DNA of 64,000 nt from the NCBI GenBank assembly GCA_963705305.1, contig OY970067.1:4384001-4448000 (forward strand). Reading direction: 5' to 3'. Position 1 is the first letter of the stretch, and each line of letters begins with the position of its first letter. The position numbers and the translations under genes were made by a program. Positions 39,462-50,477 of the stretch are shown here, one piece after another. Origin of the DNA: an uncultured Methylomirabilota bacterium (GTDB taxonomy: Bacteria > Methylomirabilota > Methylomirabilia > Methylomirabilales > 2-02-FULL-66-22). The notes beneath the pieces were generated by a model. The model saw nothing but the letters and a program-made list of their open reading frames with translations. It had not been told where the DNA came from and ran no database searches.

Positions 39462-40709
39462 ATGATGGCGAATCAGAAGGGCAACGGGAATTCCACCCCC
39501 TGGCACACCGACCGATGGTTCGTAAGCCCGTGGAACTTCCACGAGGAGACGACCAAGGGCTTCGCGTTTCCAAAGAGCATCAAGTTCCATGACGTATGTC
39601 TTCGCGACGGCGAACAGCAGGCTGGAGTCGAGTTTACCCCGAAGGAGAAGGTCAAGCTGGCGACCATGCTGGCCGAGGCGGGCGTTCACCGGATCGAGGC
39701 CGGGATGCCGGCGGTCTCCAAGTACGACGCCCAGGCGGTCAAGGAGATCGTCAAGCTGAAGCTGCCGGCGGAGATCTTCGCCTTCTCACGCTGCATGGTG
39801 GAGGACGTGAAGCGGGCCGTGGACACGGGGGTCAAGGGGATCGTGATGGAGGTCCCCGCCAGCGAGCACATCATCAAGTATGCCTACCAGTGGTCCCCGG
39901 AGAAGGCCTTGGACCTCTCCATTCAGGCCACCCGCTACGCGAAGTCGCAGGGACTGTACGTGGTCTTCTTTCCCATCGATGCCTCCCGCGCCGAGATGGG
40001 GTGGTATCTGAACACCATCGAGCGGGTGGCCACCGAAGGCCACATGGACGCGCTGGGCCTGGTGGATACCTTCGGGGTGCTGTCGCCCCACGCCGTGAGC
40101 TACTTCGTCCACGAGACGCAGAAACGCATCAAGAAGCCCCTGGAGACCCATTTCCACATGGATTTCGGCATGGGGGTCGCCAATACGATCATCGCCCTGG
40201 CGGCCGGCGCCGAGGTGGTCCACTCCACCATCAGCGGCATCGGCGAGCGGGCCGGCAACGTGCCGACCGAGGATACGCTCATCTCTCTCCTCACCATGTA
40301 CGGGGTGGACACCGGGATCAAGACGGAGCGACTCACGAAGCTCTCCCAGTATGTGCGGAAGATCGCCAAGATTGACATGCCCTCCAACCGCCAGATTGTG
40401 GGGGACACGGTATACGACATCGAATCCGGGATCATTGCCTCCTGGTTCAAGAACGCGGGCGCGGAGCACCTGCTGGAGGTGTTCCCGATCCACTGGGACC
40501 TGGTGGGCCAGCGGCCGGCCAAGTTGGTGCTGGGCAAGAACAGCGGTCTCGACTCGATCAAGATGCAGCTCCATCGCCTCCGGATGAAGGCCACCGACGA
40601 TCAGGTCAACGAGATCCTCCTGCGGGTGAAGACCGCCTCCCTTCGCAAGAAAGGACTCGTGGCCGATCAGGAGTTCCGGAAGATTGTCGGCGCCGTGGTG
40701 AAGCGGTAG
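39462..40709 (+). CDS. DRE-TIM enzyme (homocitrate/isopropylmalate synthase-like)
   Basis: DVCLRDGEQ, HFHMDFG, GIGERAGN; GGAGG RBS. Confidence 0.88.
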   Translation: MMANQKGNGNSTPWHTDRWFVSPWNFHEETTKGFAFPKSIKFHDVCLRDGEQQAGVEFTPKEKVKLATMLAEAGVHRIEAGMPAVSKYDAQAVKEIVKLKLPAEIFAFSRCMVEDVKRAVDTGVKGIVMEVPASEHIIKYAYQWSPEKALDLSIQATRYAKSQGLYVVFFPIDASRAEMGWYLNTIERVATEGHMDALGLVDTFGVLSPHAVSYFVHETQKRIKKPLETHFHMDFGMGVANTIIALAAGAEVVHSTISGIGERAGNVPTEDTLISLLTMYGVDTGIKTERLTKLSQYVRKIAKIDMPSNRQIVGDTVYDIESGIIASWFKNAGAEHLLEVFPIHWDLVGQRPAKLVLGKNSGLDSIKMQLHRLRMKATDDQVNEILLRVKTASLRKKGLVADQEFRKIVGAVVKR

Positions 40710-40842
40710 CCGCGGGCCCCGAGGCCATTCGGTTCGGCCCTCGGGACGTAAGATAATGCGTCGGCGGCGGGAAGGGGTGCGGCGGCGAATTGCACGGCAC
40801 ACCTTCCCGCTGGCACATGATCCTGCCCCAGGCCCAGGAGGG

Positions 40843-42051
40843 TTACGGCTTCTTTTGCAAGACGGCCCGCAGTCGGGCAGCGACAATCTGCCCTTCCCCT
40901 TCCTGGAGTCCCGCCGGATTAATTGTCAAGATTCCCCCGGCGGCATGGCGTTCGTTCAGGTGAACGGCCGGCTCGCCACGCTGGAGCTCCATGCTGACAG
41001 CTGAGGCCGTCTGTCCGAGGGCGGCTTCTTCAAGGAGCAGTTCCAGCAGAGGGAACCGCCCCGTTTCGGATGCGGGCAAGAGTCGTACTCGGATGTGCGG
41101 GAGATCGGAGAGGGATTCCGCGATAGCGACGAGTTGGGCCTCTTTCGCCGCAAGCTCCAACCCGGAGTCCATCCGCACAAATCGTTCTAACGCGACGAGC
41201 AGGCCGACGATCTCCTCCTTCCCGACCTTGAACCCCCGCCCCACCCCGTGGTGCGGGATTCCCTGCAACGCTTGGCGCGGAATGAGGAGTTCTGGAGGAT
41301 TCCACGTCTCTGTTGTTACGTCCATGTCCAGCTGTTGAAGGACGGCGGCCGCTATGAGAGAGCGGCGACCGCACAGAATACCAGTACTTTGTGGGCCTCG
41401 GATGGCCTTGCCGCCGCTGAAGGCCACAAGGTCGGCCCCTTCGGTGACAAACCGCCGTAGGTTCTCGACCGGCGGAAGCTGCGCCGCCGCGTCTACAATG
41501 ACCGGCAGCATGTGCTTCTTAGCGACTCCCACGACCAGAGGGAGGGGCGGATCGTTAAAGTTAGATGCCGTGTAGGCGATAGCCGCTGTCCGCGCCGTGA
41601 TGGCCACCTCAAGTTCCCACGCCTCCCCGCCTCGCACGCCTGCACCAAAAGAACGATCGTTAAACCCAACCTCTCGGATTCGGGCGCCGGCGGCCCGGAT
41701 TGCGTGGTCGTACGTCGTCCGGTGCGTACGGAACATGAGCACCTCATTGGGCATTCCCTCTGTGTCAGGCAGGCGCTCCATTCGGGTCACATCCAGCCCT
41801 GTGAGACACGCTGCCGTGCCGAGCGTCAAGGCTGCTGCCGCTCCAGAGGTCACAAGCCCTCCTTCTGCGCCGGTGTATTGCGCGATCGCTGCACTGGCCC
41901 TGGCCTGGAGTTCGGCAATATCCACAAAGCTCTGAGCTGCCTCCTCCATCGCCTCAAGCACCTCGCGGGGCATCAAGCTGCCTCCCAGTCGGGTCAACAG
42001 ACCAGCCGCATTGATCCGTTTCCGAATTCCTAACCGGTCGTAAATGTCCAT
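40843..42051 (-). CDS. SelA-like PLP enzyme (DgaE-type ammonia-lyase family)
   Basis: INAAG..TRLGGS, DAAA, FSGGKAIRGPQ, GRGFKVGKEEI. Confidence 0.82.
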   Translation of the reverse strand: MDIYDRLGIRKRINAAGLLTRLGGSLMPREVLEAMEEAAQSFVDIAELQARASAAIAQYTGAEGGLVTSGAAAALTLGTAACLTGLDVTRMERLPDTEGMPNEVLMFRTHRTTYDHAIRAAGARIREVGFNDRSFGAGVRGGEAWELEVAITARTAAIAYTASNFNDPPLPLVVGVAKKHMLPVIVDAAAQLPPVENLRRFVTEGADLVAFSGGKAIRGPQSTGILCGRRSLIAAAVLQQLDMDVTTETWNPPELLIPRQALQGIPHHGVGRGFKVGKEEIVGLLVALERFVRMDSGLELAAKEAQLVAIAESLSDLPHIRVRLLPASETGRFPLLELLLEEAALGQTASAVSMELQRGEPAVHLNERHAAGGILTINPAGLQEGEGQIVAARLRAVLQKKP

Positions 42052-42219
42052 TCCGTCAGTCCTCCTCTCCTCCGCTGCCCCCTGCCACTCGAATGCCTGA
42101 GGGTTCTCGGGTAGAACCCGGCCTAGGGAAGGGCCTCATCTCGACCTACTTGAATAGCCTTCGGGGGCGGTAGGGGATCTCGCGCCTGCAGGAATAAGCG
42201 TATCGAGGGCTCGTGGGGA

Positions 42220-43297
42220 TGTCAAGGCGGCCTGCTGCTGTGGCGGATCAGCAAAACTTGCCCTCTGCTGACAGCTTAGCGATTCTGTCCCCTTTCGTAG
42301 AGAGCAGGTCAGATGGCCCTGACCCCGCAGGAAGCCCGACACGTGAATGTTCCCACCTTCCTGTGGGGCAAGCGGATCACTCCCGCGAGGGCTGCCCAGG
42401 CGTTGGGACTCATCGCCCGGCAAGTCCGGCACCTCCAGGGCTGGCTCATGCCGGCGGGGCCTGGAGGGCTGGTCCGCGGCGTAGGAGCCGCCCCGCGCCG
42501 AACGGCCTCCCGCCGGCCCGCGCCGGGCTCCTCTGCCAGCTGGATGGGAGCCGCTTCGCTTGGTGCGGCCCGACGCAGCCGTTATGTACCATCGTGGCTG
42601 CCATCAGTGACGCGACGGAGGCGGTGCCCGCTGGGACCTTCCGGGCCTAGGAGGATACCGCCGAGCGTCTTCGGCCGCTCCAAACCCCGGGTCGGCCGGT
42701 GGGGCCGCCTGTTGCTGTCTACACGGAAAGCCATGGGATCTTCGTGCGACACGATGCCCACCTGACGTTCGCTGAGGAGCCCCAGGGCTCCCAGGACCCC
42801 ACGCAGCTCGGGCGGGCCTCCAAGGTCTCGTCGTGCACCATATCGTGGCTGAGAGGTTCCAGGCGAAAGGCCGGATCGAATGGCTGCGGAACGCCTTCCA
42901 GGGCCGGCTCGTGACGAACTCGCTTTGGCGGGGACCACGACTTTGAAGGAGAGGGCGCCTTCTTGGCGACTACCTTCCTCCCGGCCTGCACGCCCCAGTT
43001 TGCCGTGCCGGCTGCCGTGGCCATCAGTGAGTACCGACCAGTCCCACGGGGCCCTGACCTCGACCGCATCTGCGCCCTCCACTACGCCCCCCAAGTGCCC
43101 CTTGATAGTATCGTCCGCGCTGCAGGCTTCGTCATCCAACTCGCCCCCGGACCGGCCTGGGACCTACGCCCGGATCCGGGCCGAGGTCGTTCAGTGCTGT
43201 GCCAGCCTGCCGGTTGCTTCAGGATCCCCGGTAGCGCTTCCGTCATCTGCAGTGCACCTCCCGGGAGATCCTCGGGCGCCGGCAGGCGGGCGTGACA
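42220..43297 (+). pseudogene. Degraded ISNCY/IS1202-like transposase remnant
   Basis: Fragments in several frames: AAQALGLIARQVR (HTH), QLDGSRFAW, SDAT, PVAVYTE, TQLGRA, AKGRIE; stops and frameshifts; TGTCAA...TGACA ends. Confidence 0.7.
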
Positions 43298-43443
43298 TTC
43301 AGGATATGCTCGTTTTCCTGAAACCAAACGTAGCGTTGGCGGATCCGCTGATCGGGGGCGAGAAAGACCTTGATCATGGGTGACCTCCTTGCGGGGCGGG
43401 CAACCCTCTTCTCCCCGAGGGCCCTAGAAGTGCCGCCCACGTC

Positions 43444-43460
43444 TGTTTACTACATAAACA
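43444..43460. promoter_or_regulatory. Candidate operator palindrome
   Basis: TGTTTA-N5-TAAACA in an AT-rich patch upstream of the catabolic cluster. Confidence 0.35.
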
Positions 43461-43935
43461 AATTGAATAAACACCTTGCATTCTTTTCAAGACGGAGCTA
43501 TTAGTTTCCAGAAAAGAGAGGAAGGTGGCCAAGACTCGATCCGTCTCGCCGATGGACGACTTCGAGCCGGTCGAAGCTGCAAAGCAGTCTATGCGATGGC
43601 TCTGTGTGGAGCCAACCGACAAGGGAGTGTGGTGAGCTGCAGGACCCAATGTTGTCTCCGTAAGCTCCCGCCGGCCCCGCGGACATCGAGAACAAAACGA
43701 TCCCACCGGTAGCCTAGCTCTCTCAGCTGGCGCCTCCCTTTCCCCGGCATCCCAGAGGGGGGATTTCTAGGGGCGGTCTTCGGGCGGAAGGGTGGACTGC
43801 TTGCCAGTTTGCCAGCCTCGTAATGTCCGCCGACGAGCCGCCTTACCAGGGCGATTCTTCGCTGGGCGTTCGAGTGCTTCTTCGAGCGAGAACAAATATG
43901 GTCTGCCATCCAATACAATGGCAAGAGGCGGGGCT

Positions 43936-45114
43936 GTGAGTCCCGGCGGCGGAACTCCCGCCGAGCGGATGGGTTTAGTGCCCTTCTCGGGAATCCGGAA
44001 GATTTTCGAGCGTGCGAAAGCCCTCGATCGCGCGGGCTGTCCGGTCATCTTTCTTGAGACGGGCCGCCCGGATTTTGATACGCCCGTGCACATCAAGCAG
44101 GCAGCCAAGCGGGCGCTGGACGCTGGGGAGGTGCACTACACGTCGAATTACGGGATCCCCGCCCTTCGCGCCGCGATCGCTGACAAGCTATCGCGGGATA
44201 ACGGCCTCACTTACGACCCGGCGACAGAAGTGCTGGTGACGGTCGGAGCCGCCGAGGCCATTCTGTGCGCCGTCCTGGCCTTCGCCGGACCGGGCGATGA
44301 AGTGCTCTACGCCGAGCCAAGTTGGCTGAACTACGCTGCTGTGGCCCGACTAGCCGGCGCCGTCCCCGTCCCCATCCCGCTTCGCGAGTCCGCCAGCTAC
44401 CAGATCGACCCGGACGACGTGCGGCGGCACCTGACCTCTCGAACTCGCGTCCTGGTCATTGCCTCGCCGCACAACCCGACCGGCAGCGTCCAGTGCGAGG
44501 CCGTGCTCCGGCAGATCGCCGACCTCGCCATCCGGCACGACCTCTTGGTAATCTCGGACGAGATCTACGAGAAGATCATCTACGACAGCCTTGCGCACGT
44601 GAGCGTCGGGTCCTTTCCCGGCATGCGTGAGCGAACCATCACGGTGAACGGCTTCTCTAAGGCCTACTCCATGACGGGGTGGCGTCTCGGCTACGCAGCC
44701 GCACCGCAGCCGATCATCCAGACGATGAACCGGGTGCACCAGTACACAGTGGCTTGTGCCTGTTCGTTCGCGCAGGCGGGAGCTGTGGCCGCACTCACTG
44801 GGCCCCAGGACTGTGTCTTTGCGATGGTCGCCGAGTTTCGGAAACGGCGAGACCTCATGGTCCACGGCATCAGCGGGGTACGGGGGCTCTCGTGCATCCG
44901 CCCGGGCGGCGCCTTTTACGCCTGGGTGAAGACAGGTGACACAGGGATACCGTCCGAGGAGTTTACGCTCAAGCTGCTGGAGACGGAGTTCGTGTCATCT
45001 GTTCCGGGCGCAGTATTCGGCGCGTCAGGGGAAGGCTATGTCCGGTTCTCTTTCGCTAACTCTTCCGAGAATCTCGCCGAGGCCGTGCGGCGGCTGGCAC
45101 ATTTCCTGCGCTAA
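43936..45114 (+). CDS. Class I/II PLP aminotransferase
   Basis: GRPDF, PHNPTG, DEIY, SKAYSMTGWRLG. Confidence 0.93.
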   Translation: MSPGGGTPAERMGLVPFSGIRKIFERAKALDRAGCPVIFLETGRPDFDTPVHIKQAAKRALDAGEVHYTSNYGIPALRAAIADKLSRDNGLTYDPATEVLVTVGAAEAILCAVLAFAGPGDEVLYAEPSWLNYAAVARLAGAVPVPIPLRESASYQIDPDDVRRHLTSRTRVLVIASPHNPTGSVQCEAVLRQIADLAIRHDLLVISDEIYEKIIYDSLAHVSVGSFPGMRERTITVNGFSKAYSMTGWRLGYAAAPQPIIQTMNRVHQYTVACACSFAQAGAVAALTGPQDCVFAMVAEFRKRRDLMVHGISGVRGLSCIRPGGAFYAWVKTGDTGIPSEEFTLKLLETEFVSSVPGAVFGASGEGYVRFSFANSSENLAEAVRRLAHFLR

Positions 45115-45156
45115 GCGAGCCTCCGCTCGTGAGGTGGAAAAGTCGGAGTAGGCTTC

Positions 45157-45933
45157 ATGGCCAAGGCGAAATCGAAAAAGCTCCGGGAACGAGTGAGCAA
45201 CGTCACCCAGCTGTTCCTGTTTGCACTGAGCGTGCTGGTCCTCTGGGAACTCGCCATCCGAGCTCTGCAGATTCCCCGGTACTTGCTGCCCAGTCCCGTG
45301 TCCGTCCTCCTGTTCATCTTTGAACATCCGGCCTACCTAGTCTACCACTCGTGGATAACCCTCCTGGAGACGATCCTCGGGTTCCTAGGGGGTGCGGTGC
45401 TGGGTATCGCAGGCGGGACCGGCATTTTCTACTCGGCCTGGCTTCGCAAGACGCTCTACCCGGTCCTCATCGCGTTCAACACCATCCCCAAGGTCGCGCT
45501 CGCTCCGCTCTTTCTGGTCTGGTTCGGGTACGGCCTGTTGCCCAAGGTACTCATCGCGTTGCTCATTGCCTTCTTTCCGATCGTCGTGAACACCGTGGAC
45601 GGCCTGAACTCGGTTCCGCTTGAGATGATCGAGCTCGCCACCATCTTCCGTGCCAGCGAATGGCACAAGTTCTGGAAGGTTGCTTTTATCCATGCGCTGC
45701 CCAACATCTTTACCGGGTTCAAGGTCTCCATGGCCACGGCCGTAGGCGGGGCGGTGGTCGCCGAATTCATCGGCTCCAGCAACGGCTTGGGGTACATCAT
45801 CGTCATGGCGAATACGTCGGTAAACCTCGCCTCGATGTTCTCCGCCTTCGTTCTGCTCTCAGTCCTTGCGCTGGGCCTGTTCGCTCTCGTGGAGCAGGTT
45901 CAGAAGCTGGTCATCCCCTGGTCCGGGATGTGA
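45157..45933 (+). CDS. NitT/TauT-type ABC permease
   Basis: PKVALAPL, FFPIVVNT, VVAEF. Confidence 0.9.
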   Translation: MAKAKSKKLRERVSNVTQLFLFALSVLVLWELAIRALQIPRYLLPSPVSVLLFIFEHPAYLVYHSWITLLETILGFLGGAVLGIAGGTGIFYSAWLRKTLYPVLIAFNTIPKVALAPLFLVWFGYGLLPKVLIALLIAFFPIVVNTVDGLNSVPLEMIELATIFRASEWHKFWKVAFIHALPNIFTGFKVSMATAVGGAVVAEFIGSSNGLGYIIVMANTSVNLASMFSAFVLLSVLALGLFALVEQVQKLVIPWSGM

Positions 45934-46083
45934 TAATGGCCACAGGTGTATGATCGACGCAAACGGGAAGCAGCGGCAGGATACGCTCATGAATTACATG
46001 CCCTTCACGCAGAAGGCGGCGCCGATCGCCCTCTGCCCGAACGAATTCCTCCCGGGCAACGTGTAGGCAAGGCGCGACAGGTC

Positions 46084-46902
46084 ATGGTCCAAGAATTCGC
46101 CCTCGAGGTTCGCGACATCAGCAAGGTCTTCGAGACGGCCGAGGGGGAAACCCGCGCCGTCGAGAACTGCTCGCTGGCTACACACACCGGGGAGTTCGTT
46201 TGCATCCTCGGCCCAAGTGGCTGTGGAAAGACTACGCTGCTTCGCATCGTCGCCGGGCTGATTCCTCCCACCTCGGGCGAAGTCTTCTTCGAGGGCCAGC
46301 GCATCACCGGTCCGCCTCCCGACATTGGGATGGTATTCCAGCGCCCTGTTTTGCTGCCTTGGCGCAGCTCGCTGGAGAACGTCCTGCTTCCCCTCGAGTT
46401 CCTGAGGAAGGACACCCGGGGGCTGCGAGACCGCGCCCGGGAGCTGTTGCAGCTCGTGGGCCTGGAGGGCTTCGAGCGGCGCTTCCCGTACGAGCTGTCT
46501 GGCGGCATGCAGCAGCGGGTAGCCATCAGCCGTGCGCTCATCCACGATCCAAAGGTGCTCCTCATGGACGAGCCCTTCGGAGCTCTTGACGCCATGACGC
46601 GAGATGTGATGAACCTCGAGTTACAGCGGATCTGGCTGGAACGGCAAAAGACCGTGCTCTTCGTGACGCACAGCATCGACGAGGCCGTGTTCCTCGCCGA
46701 CCGGGTCATCGTCATGAGCAGGCGGCCGGGGCGCATCATCGAGGAGATCCCGGTCCGGCTCCCACGCCCGCGGAAGCTCGAAGACCGGTTCTCCACGCAG
46801 TTCGGCGAGGCGGCCATGCGGGCCAGGGAATGTGTGTACGGCGGACGGAGCGCTGAGCTGGGACACAGAACGAAAGACGCTGGAAAGGAGGCCACCCCAT
46901 GA
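46084..46902 (+). CDS. ABC ATP-binding protein (NitT/TauT)
   Basis: GPSGCGKT, LSGGMQQR, LLMDEPFGALD. Confidence 0.95.
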   Translation: MVQEFALEVRDISKVFETAEGETRAVENCSLATHTGEFVCILGPSGCGKTTLLRIVAGLIPPTSGEVFFEGQRITGPPPDIGMVFQRPVLLPWRSSLENVLLPLEFLRKDTRGLRDRARELLQLVGLEGFERRFPYELSGGMQQRVAISRALIHDPKVLLMDEPFGALDAMTRDVMNLELQRIWLERQKTVLFVTHSIDEAVFLADRVIVMSRRPGRIIEEIPVRLPRPRKLEDRFSTQFGEAAMRARECVYGGRSAELGHRTKDAGKEATP

Positions 46903-47891
46903 CTCGACGATTCACCTGGACCCTCGGGATGCTGCTCGTCCTCACCCCGCTGCTGGCCAGCGGGGCACTGGCTGGCGAATTGCAAAAAGTAAGCTTCCGG
47001 CTGGACACCTCGTATCTCCCCAAGCACGGGATTTTCTTCGTCGCTCTGGACAAAGGCTATTACAAGGATGCCGGCCTCGATGTGACCATCCTCCCCGGCA
47101 GCGGTTCGATGGTGGCAGTGCAGACTGTGGCGGCGGGGCGCGACACCTTTGGCTTCGCCGACGCGGGCACGATGATCCTGGGGCGGGCGCAAGGTGCCAT
47201 GGTCAAAGACGTCGGTATGATCCACGCCAAGAGCCCCTTCGCGGTGATTACCCTGAAGAAGTACAATATCAAGACCCCGAAGGATTTCGAGGGCAAGTCC
47301 ATCGCCAGTGAGCCGGGCGGCGCCTCTTTCATCATGCTGCCCGTCTTCTTCAAGCTGACCGGCATCGACGGCAGCAAGGTGAAGGTCATTCCGACCGACC
47401 CGACGTCCAAGGTGCCGGGCCTCTTGGCCGGCCGCTTCGAGGGCGTGGGCTCGTACCTGGTCTCCGACCCGCCCGTGATCGTAGCCAGCGGCGGGGATCC
47501 GGTGGTGTTCCCATATACGGACTACGGGTTCAAGATGTACTCGAACGGGCTGATCGCGTCGGACAAGTTGATCCAGGAGAATCCCGACTTGGTCCGCCGG
47601 TTCGTGCAGGCCACCCTGAAGGGGGTCAAGTACGCGAATGACCATCCCGACGAGGCGGCGCAGATCCTCGTGAAGCACGTGCCGGAGATCAGCCCCAAGG
47701 CCGCGAAGATGGGCATCGACCTCGCCTGCGGGATCTTGTGGACGGACGAGGCCAAGGCCAACGGCATCGGCTCCATGACCAAGGAGATGTGGGAGTTGAC
47801 CCAGAAGAACATGGTGGACTACATGGGACTGAAGCAGACATTCCCCGTGGAGGAGTTGTTCACGAACCAGTTCCTCCCCGGCAAGATGTAG
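46899..47891 (+). CDS. NMT1/THI5-like ABC substrate-binding protein
   Basis: Signal peptide, ALDKGYY..AGLDV, PKDFEGK. Confidence 0.88.
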   Translation: MTRRFTWTLGMLLVLTPLLASGALAGELQKVSFRLDTSYLPKHGIFFVALDKGYYKDAGLDVTILPGSGSMVAVQTVAAGRDTFGFADAGTMILGRAQGAMVKDVGMIHAKSPFAVITLKKYNIKTPKDFEGKSIASEPGGASFIMLPVFFKLTGIDGSKVKVIPTDPTSKVPGLLAGRFEGVGSYLVSDPPVIVASGGDPVVFPYTDYGFKMYSNGLIASDKLIQENPDLVRRFVQATLKGVKYANDHPDEAAQILVKHVPEISPKAAKMGIDLACGILWTDEAKANGIGSMTKEMWELTQKNMVDYMGLKQTFPVEELFTNQFLPGKM

Positions 47892-47904
47892 GAGGAGGGC
47901 AAGC

Positions 47905-48621
47905 GTGTACGGTGAGCGCGGGAGGATCGGCCTGATCGTGCCGTCGAACAATACCGTTGTGGAGCAAGAGTTTCACCGCATGTTGCCAGAGGGCATCACG
48001 AGCTACGCCACCCGCATGCGTAATACCGTGGTCGATGAGACGGATCTGGCCGTCATGGTCTCCCACGCCGAACGCGGGGCGGACGAATTGGCGACTGCCG
48101 AGATGCAGGTTATCGCGTTTGCCTGCACGGCGGGGAGCCTGCTCCGCGGTACCGTGTGGGAGCAGGACCTGCGGGCCCGTCTGGAGACCGCGACACGGGG
48201 CATCCCTTGTATTACCACTTCGCAGGCCGTTCTCGAGGCGTTCGGCCTACTCGGCCTCCATCGCGTCGTCGTGGCCACGCCCTACATCGATGAGCTGAAC
48301 CGGGCCGAGCAGCAGTTCTTCACCGCCAACGGCGTGGATGTTCCGGCCATTCGGGGCCTCGGCATCCGCCGCGCGGTGGACATCGGCAAGTGCCCTCCCA
48401 AGGAGGCACTGGCACTGGCACTGGCCCTGCCGTACCCGGATGCGGATGGGATCTTCATCAGCTGTACCAACTTTAGGACCATCGAGATCCTCGCCGAGCT
48501 GGAGCAGCGAACAGGGAAGCCGGCTTTCTCGAGCAATGTGGCCACCCTCTGGGCAGCCCTCCGGCGGCTCCCGCACAGGTTTGAGCCGGTCAGCGGTTTC
48601 GGTCGTCTTTTGGAGAATTAG
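47905..48621 (+). CDS. Maleate isomerase/arylmalonate decarboxylase (Asp/Glu racemase) family
   Basis: RIGLIVPSNN, ACTAGS, TPY, SCTNF. Confidence 0.9.
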   Translation: MYGERGRIGLIVPSNNTVVEQEFHRMLPEGITSYATRMRNTVVDETDLAVMVSHAERGADELATAEMQVIAFACTAGSLLRGTVWEQDLRARLETATRGIPCITTSQAVLEAFGLLGLHRVVVATPYIDELNRAEQQFFTANGVDVPAIRGLGIRRAVDIGKCPPKEALALALALPYPDADGIFISCTNFRTIEILAELEQRTGKPAFSSNVATLWAALRRLPHRFEPVSGFGRLLEN

Positions 48622-48762
48622 GAATTCACCGCGACAAGGTGGCGGGCGCCCATCAAGGCGCCCACCACTCGGCCCGTTTCGTCTGAGTCGGAGTGAGGTT
48701 CGAACTCTCGTCCAGCCTGTTCCTCGGAGGTTTCAACGCTTCCCGCTTGAGGAGGCCAGGGT

Positions 48763-50454
48763 ATGGCATACCTTCACACTGATCCCGGGGTTGTTGAGCG
48801 CATGACCGGCATGACCCTGAAGGGCAGCATGACCATGCCCACGCAGGACCATGATCGGCGCTACTTCCTTCCCTCGGTTCTCTCGGTCGCCGGGCGGGAC
48901 CACTTCCTCGTCCGCGAGATTGACACGGCCAATGTCGCGGCCTGCGGATTCACCCGCATGCCCGTCGTGCCCTTCTCGCCCTACTGGAGGCCCAAGCCGA
49001 CAGCGGGAATACCCCGCACTGCTGCGGATGCGGTGCTGTCGCTCCTGGGTGCCGAGCAACTCACGGTGGATGCCGCCACGCCGGCGCTCGTCTACGAGCA
49101 GCTCCGCGCCAAGATCCCGGTAGAGGTCGAGCCTCCTGCCCCCCAACCGGTGCGTGCCTTTCGCCTGCGCCGCGCCGATGTCCTGGGGCGCTTTAACCAC
49201 CACCGAAAAGAAATCGCCGAGGTGGCCGGGAAGTTGACCGCGGGGCACCCGCATATCGATCGCCTTGCCCCCTGGCTGGAGGACCGTCCGAATCCCGGCT
49301 TTGACCTTTTGGATCAGATGGCAGCCGACCGAGGTCTCTCGGCTCTCCTCGCAACTTGGGTGATTAATTTCCAGGAGCTGTCCGGTTTCCGGGGCACCCT
49401 CGCTGAGCACGAGGGGTGTGCGTCGCTCTTCGCGGTGGGCTCCGACGAGGTCTGGGTTCTAGCGCCCACCAGCCTCGACCTTGGTTTGGCTGGACCGGGA
49501 CGGGAGTACCCCGGACTCGCCGACGCCGTCCGCGACATCGCTGGACGCGGTCCGGTCGGCTTTGAGATGGACACTCTTGAGGTGGCGCGGCTCCTCGATC
49601 TGCGCAACCGCGGCGTGCAACTTGAGGACGCCGGCCTCTTGCTCCGCGATTGGCGGGAGGAAAAAGCGTGGTATGACATTCCCTACTTCATCGTGGGCGC
49701 TCTCGCATCCCGCCACGCCATCGAGGGGGCGGCCCACTTCGCCGGACAAGCGATTCGCGCCGGGGTCGAGGTCACAGAGCGTGACGTGGACCGAGTATAC
49801 CGAAGTCTCCTGCAGGAGTTCGCGACTGAGCATCGGCTGCCCGTCTCCCTGGAGATCTACTTCACCAATAACCACGCGGGATCCCGGACCATCCTGCCCT
49901 CCCGGCCCACCCGGTACCCCCTGTCAACAGGCTCCACCACGCTCAAGATCGACTGCGGGATCTTCGTGGTGGACGACGGCCTCTTCCACGCCTGCACCGA
50001 CATTGCGCGCACCGTCACGACGACCCGCGCAGCCACCGAGGTCTTCGAGGCCATGGAGCAGGCAGTGGTGGAAGGGATCATTCCTGGCATCCGGGCCGGC
50101 ATGACCGGTGAGGACATCCATGCGCTGGGGGTGGAGCGCATGGCCGAGCGCGAGGTCGTCTTCCGCCGACACGGGTATATGCCCGACGATTTTTCGTGGC
50201 GGACCGGATACACCCGGGACGTCGGCCACGTGATCGAGCGGCAAGAGTCCTACACGTTCTACTTCCGACCGGGCACGGCTCGTCCGCTCCGACCCGGCAT
50301 GGTGTCCTGCGTAGAAATTCACTGCGTCGACGACGGGCATAACCTCACCATTGAAGACACCTTCGTCGCCGATGAAACGGGGACGATCGTGATCAGCCGG
50401 ATCCCCGAGGAGTTCGGTCCAGACGGGAGGGTGACCCGGCGCCCGCAGCGGTAA
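48763..50454 (+). CDS. M24-family peptidase-like protein, divergent N-terminus
   Basis: Candidate ligands IDCG, TDIART, GH, CVE, IEDT. Confidence 0.7.
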   Translation: MAYLHTDPGVVERMTGMTLKGSMTMPTQDHDRRYFLPSVLSVAGRDHFLVREIDTANVAACGFTRMPVVPFSPYWRPKPTAGIPRTAADAVLSLLGAEQLTVDAATPALVYEQLRAKIPVEVEPPAPQPVRAFRLRRADVLGRFNHHRKEIAEVAGKLTAGHPHIDRLAPWLEDRPNPGFDLLDQMAADRGLSALLATWVINFQELSGFRGTLAEHEGCASLFAVGSDEVWVLAPTSLDLGLAGPGREYPGLADAVRDIAGRGPVGFEMDTLEVARLLDLRNRGVQLEDAGLLLRDWREEKAWYDIPYFIVGALASRHAIEGAAHFAGQAIRAGVEVTERDVDRVYRSLLQEFATEHRLPVSLEIYFTNNHAGSRTILPSRPTRYPLSTGSTTLKIDCGIFVVDDGLFHACTDIARTVTTTRAATEVFEAMEQAVVEGIIPGIRAGMTGEDIHALGVERMAEREVVFRRHGYMPDDFSWRTGYTRDVGHVIERQESYTFYFRPGTARPLRPGMVSCVEIHCVDDGHNLTIEDTFVADETGTIVISRIPEEFGPDGRVTRRPQR

Positions 50455-50477
50455 CCGAAGGACAGAAAGGGGCCAGG

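Noticed and set aside
40843..42051. True selenocysteine synthase selA
   Set aside because: Motifs and context fit the DgaE-like branch; no sel genes nearby
43500..43900. Small ORFs upstream of the aminotransferase
   Set aside because: Short, with no recognisable motif
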